From: Acidobacteriota bacterium
GTDB lineage: Bacteria; Acidobacteriota; Vicinamibacteria; Vicinamibacterales; UBA2999
Assembly: GCA_016789705.1 (NCBI GenBank)
Contig: JAEUQR010000141.1
Span: 7,175-71,174 of the forward strand
Length of the DNA stretch: 64,000 nucleotides
Direction of reading: 5' to 3'
The translations under genes and the position numbers were made by a program. Of the stretch, positions 9,431 through 15,932 are shown piece by piece. How positions within the stretch are numbered: position 1 is the stretch's first letter; the number at the start of each line of letters is the position of its first letter. The notes beneath the pieces were generated by a model. The model did no database searches. It was given only the letters and a program-made list of their open reading frames with translations, and was not told where the DNA came from.

Positions 9431-11188
9431 CTAGCGGCTCGTGGGCGCGGCCCCGGCGGCGAGCGCCAGCGTGTCGGCGCTCCACAGCAGTTGCGGGCGG
9501 GTCACACCCGGCGTCTCGTTGCGCACGCGCGGCCCGACGGCCACGAAGAGACGGGGTGCGGCGAAATACATCGCCGGCAGGTGTTCACTGAACACCCGCT
9601 GCACGTCGCGGAAGAGGCGCACACGTTCAGCCGGATCCACGTTGGCCGCCTGGCGGTTCACGAGCGCATCCATCTCGCGCTCCCACTCGGTTGCGGGCGT
9701 CTTCTGCGAGATGTTCCAGATGTGCGCGCTGCCGCTGCTCAGCCAGAAGTCGCGTTGCATTGCCGGGTCCGGGTCGGTGGCGACGTAGTTGAAGAAGATC
9801 GCTTCGAAGGTGCCGGCCAGCATCCGCTCGATGAGCGTGCCGGGTTCGAGCGGCGCCAGATCCATCGCAACGCCAACGCGCTCGAAGCTTTCCTTGAGCA
9901 CCTGCGCCCCACGTTCGATCGCGGTGTTGCCCTTGTAGTGGATGAGCGTGAAGCGCGCTTCGTTGCCGGCGGCGTCTTCGAGGAAGGCATCGGCGTCGCG
10001 ATTGGCCAGGCCGAGTTCGGCGAGCAGCGCCGCCGACTTCTCGCGGTCGAAGGCGTACCGTGGCAGGTCGGGCCAGAACCACGCCTTGTTGCCCGGCGAG
10101 ACCGGACCATGCACCGGCACTGCGGCGCCGAGGAACACGGTGTTCGCATAGGCCTCGCGGTCGACGGCGTGATTGAGCGCCTTGCGGAACGTGTCGGTGA
10201 ACAGCCACGCGCGGCGCGGGTCCTTCGCCCACATCGCCGGCCGCAGGTTGAAGAAGAACACGTCGGGATCGAGCGACACGCCCACTTCGGCCATGCGCAG
10301 CCGGCCGGCGCGTTCCATCTCGCGCGCCGTGCCGTAATCGTCGGGCCGGAGCTGCTGCTGCGTGAGGTCGAGATCGGCGGACTGCAGGCCGAGGAGCTCG
10401 GCGTTCTGGTCGGGCACGATCCGCAGCACCAGGCCATCGAGATACGGCAGGCCGATGCCGCGATCGTCCTTGCGCCAGTAGTGGGGATTGCGGGCGAAGG
10501 TGAGCCGCTGCCCCGGTTCGTACTGACTGAGCACGAACGGGCCCATGCCGACGATCTCCGCGGGAGCGGTCGTGGTGCCCCACGCGTCGGCCATCGTGCC
10601 GCCGGTGAGCGCGGCTTCGAGCTTGTGCTTCGGCAGGATGGTCAGGTTGTCGAGCAGGCGAATACCGGGACCGAAGGGATGCGGAAACGTGACCACGACG
10701 GTGCGCGCATCGGGCGTGGCGACCGCGAGCGGATCGCCATCGACCTGCAGGCTGCTCGCGAGCACGCTCTTCACGCGCGGGTCGAACACCGCCGCGAACG
10801 TGAAGGCGACGTCGGCCGACGAGAACGGCACGCCGTCAGACCACGAGAGGCCGTCGCGCAGGGTGAGCGTGTGGACGAGGCCGTCGGGCGACGACGTCCA
10901 CGACTCCGCGAGCCACGACTCGAGCTCATAGGTGGCCATGTTCACGCGCACGAGCCGTGCCTGCGTCAGCAGCGCGAAGAGCTGGGTGGCGTAGTCGCGC
11001 GAGACCAGACGGTTGAACGACCGCGGCTCGCTGCGCAGTGACGCGGCCAGCACGCCGCCACGCTGAGGCAGCTCGACCGTGGGACGGGCGTCCGGCGTGG
11101 GCGCCAGGCTGCGGCTACCCCACCAGAAGTAGCCGAACAGGCCCACCACGAGGATGGCGATGAGGGGAAATCGCGATTGTCGGTTCAC
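9431..11188 (-). CDS. ABC transporter substrate-binding protein, family 5 (peptide/nickel type)
   Basis: 585 aa with a GTG start and an N-terminal signal anchor (FPLIAILVVGLFGYFWW). SBP_bac_5-like segments: RNPHYWRKDDRG..PYLDGLVLRIVPD. It sits directly upstream of the two permease genes. Confidence 0.85.
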   Translation of the reverse strand: MNRQSRFPLIAILVVGLFGYFWWGSRSLAPTPDARPTVELPQRGGVLAASLRSEPRSFNRLVSRDYATQLFALLTQARLVRVNMATYELESWLAESWTSSPDGLVHTLTLRDGLSWSDGVPFSSADVAFTFAAVFDPRVKSVLASSLQVDGDPLAVATPDARTVVVTFPHPFGPGIRLLDNLTILPKHKLEAALTGGTMADAWGTTTAPAEIVGMGPFVLSQYEPGQRLTFARNPHYWRKDDRGIGLPYLDGLVLRIVPDQNAELLGLQSADLDLTQQQLRPDDYGTAREMERAGRLRMAEVGVSLDPDVFFFNLRPAMWAKDPRRAWLFTDTFRKALNHAVDREAYANTVFLGAAVPVHGPVSPGNKAWFWPDLPRYAFDREKSAALLAELGLANRDADAFLEDAAGNEARFTLIHYKGNTAIERGAQVLKESFERVGVAMDLAPLEPGTLIERMLAGTFEAIFFNYVATDPDPAMQRDFWLSSGSAHIWNISQKTPATEWEREMDALVNRQAANVDPAERVRLFRDVQRVFSEHLPAMYFAAPRLFVAVGPRVRNETPGVTRPQLLWSADTLALAAGAAPTSR

Positions 11189-11191
11189 TTG

Positions 11192-11219
11192 TTGGCCGAT
11201 CGGCCAAGAACTTGGCCAA
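11192..11219. promoter_or_regulatory. Perfect 16-bp palindrome TTGGCCGATCGGCCAA plus adjacent 8-bp palindrome TTGGCCAA; candidate regulator or enhancer site
   Basis: Read directly: 11192-11207 TTGGCCGATCGGCCAA and 11212-11219 TTGGCCAA. The site is 4 nt upstream of the SBP GTG start on the minus strand. It is also about 215-230 bp upstream of the sigma-54-like promoter on the plus strand. Confidence 0.35.
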
Positions 11220-11419
11220 TCGTCTCGCTGTTAGTTTTTCGGCCTGTTTTTGCACGGGCTGCACGGTTTCCCGAGCCGCCGGGAGTTCCGCGCAGAGAGA
11301 GCCAACAGCTTGTCCACCAGCTCGCTCGGGCCGTCGCAGCCCAGCCCCGGCGCATCCTAGACCACCAAGTTCTTTGATTGCAATTACTTACGGAAGACCC
11401 CGTAGCCACTGCCGGCCGC

Positions 11420-11434
11420 TGGCACCAGCCCTGC
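11420..11434 (+). promoter_or_regulatory. Sigma-54 (-24/-12) type promoter candidate: TGGCAC-N5-CTGC
   Basis: TGGCACcagccCTGC compared with the consensus TGGCAC-N5-TTGC; the GG and GC dinucleotides have the correct spacing. The -12 GC is 23 nt upstream of the HTH ATG (11458), with GGAG at 11448-11451. An AT-rich tract (11377-11397) lies just upstream. A sigma-54 activator gene lies downstream on the same strand. Confidence 0.5.
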
Positions 11435-11457
11435 CTCTCTTATCGGCGGAGTTCGCT

Positions 11458-11664
11458 ATGGAAACCACTCAGAACCTGACCAGTTCCCCGGCTCTTCCCC
11501 AGCTGGGACGCAGCGTGACCATCGAGCGAGCCGCGGAGATCCTCGGCGTGTCGCGCCGGACGGTTTACTACCGCATCAGCGAAGGCGTTCTGCAGACCGT
11601 CCGCACACGCGGCGGTTCTCAGCGCGTCGTGGTCGAGTCGCTGCTCGGTCAGTCGAAGCACTGA
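11458..11664 (+). CDS. Small helix-turn-helix DNA-binding protein (excisionase/MerR-like HTH_17 type)
   Basis: 68 aa starting at METTQNLTS. HTH segment: VTIERAAEILGVSRRTVYYRISEGVLQTVRTRGGSQRVV. The 150-aa track ORF has an implausible N-terminal extension across the intergenic region. Confidence 0.7.
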   Translation: METTQNLTSSPALPQLGRSVTIERAAEILGVSRRTVYYRISEGVLQTVRTRGGSQRVVVESLLGQSKH

Positions 11665-11723
11665 CGCCCCTTCACCGACACGTTCGCAGGCACAGAGTCC
11701 CCCCGGACCAGGACACAACTTCA

Positions 11724-13469
11724 ATGACCAGCCGCATTCTCGCCGCCCTCGTCGCCGTCGCGATGGCCTCCCCGGCACTGGCCGGCCCCGGTCGCCGCGC
11801 CAGGCTGTCAGCGGACCTCTCCGACGAGATTCGCAAGGGCAACCGCAGCACCGTCGAAGTGATCGTCGATGGCGACGACGCCACGATCAGCCGCGTGCTC
11901 TCGCGCCACCCGCTGCTGCTCAAGAAGCGGCTGCGCCGCGGCGCGGTGCTGGAAGTGCCTGCAGGCCAGCTCGACGCGCTCGCCGCCGACGCCGACGTGA
12001 ACGCGGTGGCCGCCAACGCCGTGGTCACCTCGCACATGGCACTCACCACGGCCACGACAGGCGCCGACGCGGCGCTGAACGGCCTGGTTTCCACCCTCGG
12101 CGCGGTGAACGGCAGCGGCGTGGGCGTGGCCATCATCGACTCGGGTATCGCGGCCCACCGGTCGCTGGCGGGCAAGGTCGTGGCGAGCGTGGACTTCACG
12201 CGCGACGGCCGCGGGCGCGGGCGTGACGGCTACGGACACGGCACCCACATCGCCGGGATCGTGGCCGGCGACGCCATCAGCGTGAAGAACGGCGACGGCG
12301 CCGCGGGCATGGCCCCCGGCGCGCACCTCATCAACCTGCGCGTCCTCGGCAACGACGGCTCCGGTCAGGTGGCCGACGTCATCGAAGCGGTGGACTGGGC
12401 CATCGAGAACCGCGGCCAGTACAACATCCGCGTCATCAACATGTCGCTTGGCACGGCGGTGACGCAGTCCTACAAGGACGACCCGCTCGGTCAGGCCGTG
12501 GAGCGCGCCGTCAAGGCGGGTATCGTGGTGGTGGCTTCAGCCGGCAATCGCGGCGAAACGGCCGACGGCAAGACGGTGCTCGGCAGCGTGACCTCCCCGG
12601 GCAACTCGCCCTACGTCATCACGGTGGGCGCGGTGCGCGCCAACGGCACGGCCGACCGGAGTGACGACACGCTGGCGCCCTGGAGTTCGCGCGGCCCCAC
12701 GCAGTTCGACTCGCTCGTGAAGCCCGACATCGCGGCGCCCGGCAGCCTCATCGCCTCGGCCGGCGTCGAGGGCTCGACCCTGGCGCTGACGCGTCCCGAC
12801 CGGATGAGCAACGCGGGCAAAGCAGCCTACATGACGCTCAGCGGCACCAGCCAGGCGGCGGCCGTGGTAAGCGGCGCGGTGGCCCTGCTGATTGACTCGA
12901 ACCCCCGTTTGACGCCTCTCGGAGTGCGACTCGCGCTGCAGGCCTCGGCGGACTTCATGCCCGAGGCGGGTCTGACCGGCGCGGGAGCTGGCGAACTGAA
13001 CTTGCTGAACGCGCTTCAGGATGGCCAGGTGCTGCCCACGCGCACGACCGCGGACCTGTTCCCGGCCAGCTGGGGTGTGACGGCGAAGGCGGAGGTGGTG
13101 CGGAACAGCTCCGTGAAGGGGCAGACGCTGGTATGGGGCGAGACCCTCGTATGGGGCGACGCCCTCGTATGGGGCGACACCCTCGTATGGGGCGACACCC
13201 TCGTATGGGGCGAGACCCTCGTATGGGGCGACACCCTCGTATGGGGCGACACCCTCGTGTGGGGCGACACCCTCGTGTGGGGCGATACCCTCGTGTGGGG
13301 CGACACCCTCGTGTGGGGCGACACCCTCGTATGGGGTGACTCGATCATTTGGGGCAACTCGATCATTTGGGGCAACTCGATCATCTGGGGCAACTCGATC
13401 ATCTGGGGCAACTCGATCATCTGGGGTAACTCGATCATCTGGGGCAACTCGATCATCTGGGGCAACTAG
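11724..13469 (+). CDS. Secreted subtilisin-like serine protease (peptidase S8) with I9-like propeptide and a C-terminal tandem hexapeptide repeat tail
   Basis: Signal peptide MTSRILAALVAVAMASPALA. Catalytic triad contexts: VAIIDSGI (Asp), GHGTHIAG (His), LSGTSQAAAVVSG (Ser). The last 115 aa are 12x (D/E)TLVWG followed by 7x (D/N)SIIWG. Confidence 0.9.
   Translation: MTSRILAALVAVAMASPALAGPGRRARLSADLSDEIRKGNRSTVEVIVDGDDATISRVLSRHPLLLKKRLRRGAVLEVPAGQLDALAADADVNAVAANAVVTSHMALTTATTGADAALNGLVSTLGAVNGSGVGVAIIDSGIAAHRSLAGKVVASVDFTRDGRGRGRDGYGHGTHIAGIVAGDAISVKNGDGAAGMAPGAHLINLRVLGNDGSGQVADVIEAVDWAIENRGQYNIRVINMSLGTAVTQSYKDDPLGQAVERAVKAGIVVVASAGNRGETADGKTVLGSVTSPGNSPYVITVGAVRANGTADRSDDTLAPWSSRGPTQFDSLVKPDIAAPGSLIASAGVEGSTLALTRPDRMSNAGKAAYMTLSGTSQAAAVVSGAVALLIDSNPRLTPLGVRLALQASADFMPEAGLTGAGAGELNLLNALQDGQVLPTRTTADLFPASWGVTAKAEVVRNSSVKGQTLVWGETLVWGDALVWGDTLVWGDTLVWGETLVWGDTLVWGDTLVWGDTLVWGDTLVWGDTLVWGDTLVWGDSIIWGNSIIWGNSIIWGNSIIWGNSIIWGNSIIWGNSIIWGN
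13122..13337 (+). repeat. Tandem repeat type A: 12 x 18 nt (consensus GACACCCTCGTRTGGGGC, encoding DTLVWG)
   Basis: Units read one by one. They differ at only a few positions: CAG/GAG/GAC/GAT in the first codon, ACG/GCC/ACC in the second, CTG/CTC in the third, GTA versus GTG in the fourth, and a final GGT. Confidence 0.95.
13338..13463 (+). repeat. Tandem repeat type B: 7 x 18 nt (consensus AACTCGATCATYTGGGGC, encoding NSIIWG)
   Basis: Follows type A with no spacer. The units are followed only by AAC TAG. Variants are ATT in units 1-2, ATC in units 3-7 and one GGT. Confidence 0.95.
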
Positions 13470-13545
13470 CCCGGCGCCGAAGCACGTAGTTGTGTGCAGT
13501 TCGCTAACGTCCCTATAGCTCGCACTCTGATTTGCCGAGGTACAT

Positions 13546-13575
13546 ATGAAGCCGCTCATCATCTGGGGCGAGTAG
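13546..13575 (+). other. Orphan degenerate copy of the type B repeat unit (mini-ORF MKPLIIWGE) in the S8 / HD-GYP intergenic region
   Basis: ATGAAGCCGCTCATCATCTGGGGCGAGTAG. The 12-mer ATCATCTGGGGC is identical to the core of the type B unit. It is in a different frame from the S8 ORF and 77 nt past its stop. Confidence 0.5.
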
Positions 13576-13597
13576 AAGCAACAAACCGGTTGGCAGC

Positions 13598-15931
13598 GTG
13601 GTGGACACCCCAAAGAACCGAGTCGGTCGTGTCTACCTCTGGGCGGTTCCCACCGCCGGACTGCTAACGCTCGCCTGGGCGGCAAGAGACTTGGTCGCCC
13701 ACCCTCCTTCAAACTACTGGATTGCGCTTGCAGTCTTAACCGGCCTGACCGGTTCGTTTACAGTAAAGATCCCCGGCATGGTGGCTCGGCTGTCTGTTTC
13801 CGAGCCATTTGTCTTTGCCTCCGCCATGCTGTTCGGCCCAGCCGCCGGCACCGTGACGGTAGCGATTGATGCCTGCGTAATGTCGCTGCGGCTGATGCCG
13901 TCGCTTCGGACGCCCCATCGAATTCTCTTCAACGTCGGCACGCTTGTCGTGTCGGTCGCAGTGTCGGCCGTTGCGTTCTTCAAGCTAGCAGGCATCGACC
14001 CTCGCGCCCCGCACTACCCCTCCGTCGACACCTTTATCTGGCCGCTGTACGTTTTCACCACGCTGTGCTTCGTGCTGAACAGCGGGCTCGTCGCACTGGC
14101 ACTCAGTATCGAGCGACGTGCATCGGCCTTCGCAATATGGCGACAGCAGTTCATGTGGCTTTCGGTGAACTACTTCGCAGGCGCGTCAGTGGCTGCATTG
14201 CTAGTGGTTTACGCCAGAACGGTCGATGCTGCGATTCTCGGTGTCGTCATTCCGTTGATCGCAATCCTGTACCTGACTTTCCGTACAACACTGGGACGTC
14301 TCGATGACGCCAACAAGCACCTCAGCGAGGTGAACTCGCTATACCTTTCGACCATCGAGACGCTCGCGATGGCGATCGATGCCAAAGACCAAGTCACGCA
14401 CGGTCATATCCGTCGCGTACAGCGGTTCGCCGTCGGCTTGGCCAAAGCGCTAGGCGTCAGCGACGACCGTCAGCTGCGTGCGATTGAAGCTGCCGCCCTG
14501 CTTCACGACATGGGCAAGCTTGCGATTCCTGAATTCATTCTCAACAAGCCAGGAAAGCTGACGACTCGCGAGTTCTCCGTCATGAAGACGCACGCGGCAG
14601 TCGGCGCTGATCTGCTCTCATCGATCCAGTTTCCCTACCCGGTTGTGCCGATCGTCCGCCATCACCACGAGAATTGGGATGGCAGCGGATACCCCGACGG
14701 AATCAGGGGATCCGACATTCCGCTGGGTGCAAGAATCCTTTCCGTCGTCGACTGCTACGACGCTCTGACGTCTGACCGCCCGTACCGGCCCGCGATGTCT
14801 CCCGAAGACGCCCTCGACATTCTCTCGCAGCGTCGAGGCAAGATGTACGACCCGCTCGTAGTCGATGCCTTCATCCGCGATCACGTGGCACTCTGTGCGG
14901 GCGTAGAGCTGCGGGACATACCAGCGTTGATTCTGGCGAACCAAGCCGAGACGCATGCGGGCACACAGCCTTCTGCGTCAGACATTAGTACTGTGCAACT
15001 GGAGCCGATCGAGTCTCTTCGCCTGATCGCAAGCCTCTCGCCATTTCCTGAGGGCGCTCCACTGCCAGCCATCTGTCGCCAGATCGTTGACAGCCTCCGC
15101 ACGATTGCCTCATTCGACACGGCCACGGTGTTCTTGCTGGACGATGACTCAAGCGATGCAGAGGCCGTATTCGCCGCAGGCTCCGTCGCGCAACAGGTCG
15201 CGGGCATACGCATTCCGATCGCGGAACGCTTGACTGGATGGGTAGCCGCTCACAGGACGGCAGTCTGGAACTCAGATGCTGCGCTTGACTTAGCCTCAGT
15301 GGCGTCGGGAGCTTCGCTCACGCTTGGGTCGAGTCTCCCCTTGAGCGTCGGCGACGCATTAATCGGAGTGCTTTCACTGTATGGCCGGTCAGACCAAGAG
15401 GTCACTGTCGGCCAGCGCCGCGCTCTTGAATCACTCCTCCCAGCAATCTCTGCCAGTCTTGGCGCAGCCGCTCAGAGACCAGGAATCGCAATCGACTGTG
15501 CCGACGAGCCTACACGACAGGCTGCAACGTCTGCCCTCGATGCCGTGTTGTCTCACGAGCGAGGATCATCAAGCGGCCGGGTCTCGGTGATTGCCGTCAA
15601 TATCGCGCACATAGCATCAGACACTTCGAGGCCTGAGCGCCTTGAGTTGGCGGCGATTGAGCTCTCGGCCCTCCTGTCGCCTTATCGGTCTCGCCACCGC
15701 TGTGTAATTCGCCTCTCGAACAATCAGTTCCTGTTATGCGCCCTTGACGACGCTAACGCGGATGTCCTCGAGGCCGAAGTGGAACGGGCCGGAAAGCATC
15801 GAGCGTTGAGCGCAGTTCGGCTGCTTACTACCCGACTAAATAGCGCTCTTGACCTGCAGGATCGCATCCGCAAGATCGCCGACGGCTCCTCGGCTACGTC
15901 TATTCATGGCCCGATGAGCCGAATCCACTAA
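13598..15931 (+). CDS. Multi-pass membrane HD-GYP domain protein (putative c-di-GMP phosphodiesterase) with GAF and a degenerate GGDEF-like C-terminus
   Basis: GTG start. About 230 aa of TM helices come first. HD-GYP core: HGHIRRVQ...LLHDMGKLAIP...HHHENWDGSGYPDG...ARILSVVDCYDALTSDRPYR. GAF-like segment: ICRQIVDSL...TATVFLLDD...LIGVLSLYG. The tail VSVIAVNIAHIAS...CVIRLSNNQFLLCAL resembles a GGDEF domain with NNQF in place of GGDEF (15710-15730). Confidence 0.85.
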   Translation: MVDTPKNRVGRVYLWAVPTAGLLTLAWAARDLVAHPPSNYWIALAVLTGLTGSFTVKIPGMVARLSVSEPFVFASAMLFGPAAGTVTVAIDACVMSLRLMPSLRTPHRILFNVGTLVVSVAVSAVAFFKLAGIDPRAPHYPSVDTFIWPLYVFTTLCFVLNSGLVALALSIERRASAFAIWRQQFMWLSVNYFAGASVAALLVVYARTVDAAILGVVIPLIAILYLTFRTTLGRLDDANKHLSEVNSLYLSTIETLAMAIDAKDQVTHGHIRRVQRFAVGLAKALGVSDDRQLRAIEAAALLHDMGKLAIPEFILNKPGKLTTREFSVMKTHAAVGADLLSSIQFPYPVVPIVRHHHENWDGSGYPDGIRGSDIPLGARILSVVDCYDALTSDRPYRPAMSPEDALDILSQRRGKMYDPLVVDAFIRDHVALCAGVELRDIPALILANQAETHAGTQPSASDISTVQLEPIESLRLIASLSPFPEGAPLPAICRQIVDSLRTIASFDTATVFLLDDDSSDAEAVFAAGSVAQQVAGIRIPIAERLTGWVAAHRTAVWNSDAALDLASVASGASLTLGSSLPLSVGDALIGVLSLYGRSDQEVTVGQRRALESLLPAISASLGAAAQRPGIAIDCADEPTRQAATSALDAVLSHERGSSSGRVSVIAVNIAHIASDTSRPERLELAAIELSALLSPYRSRHRCVIRLSNNQFLLCALDDANADVLEAEVERAGKHRALSAVRLLTTRLNSALDLQDRIRKIADGSSATSIHGPMSRIH

Positions 15932-15932
15932 C

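Noticed and set aside
11177-11409. Small ORFs 11177..11377 (+) and 11185..11409 (-) in the 269-bp intergenic region.
   Set aside because: They have no motifs, mutually overlap on opposite strands, and sit in a region that looks regulatory (palindromes, AT-rich tract, sigma-54-like promoter). They are not supported as genes.
11458-11664. Excisionase-like HTH as a marker of an integrated prophage, ICE or genomic island boundary.
   Set aside because: I can recognise no integrase, recombinase, tRNA gene, phage or conjugation genes, or flanking direct repeats in the window. HTH_17-type proteins also act as ordinary regulators. The lower-GC patch is reported separately as an open question.
13122-13463. 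Possible CRISPR array, suggested by many identical short repeats.
   Set aside because: The 18-nt units are directly adjacent with no spacers, lie in frame inside a protease ORF, and are not near any cas genes. This is a coding tandem repeat, not a CRISPR array.
13016-13465. Minus-strand ORF translating as PQMIEL... and PHTRVS... repeats, and plus-frame ORFs 13133..13339 and 13336..13518.
   Set aside because: These are alternative-frame or antisense readings of the 18-nt repeat array. The S8 frame is continuous with a complete catalytic domain and is the only one with an upstream coding context.
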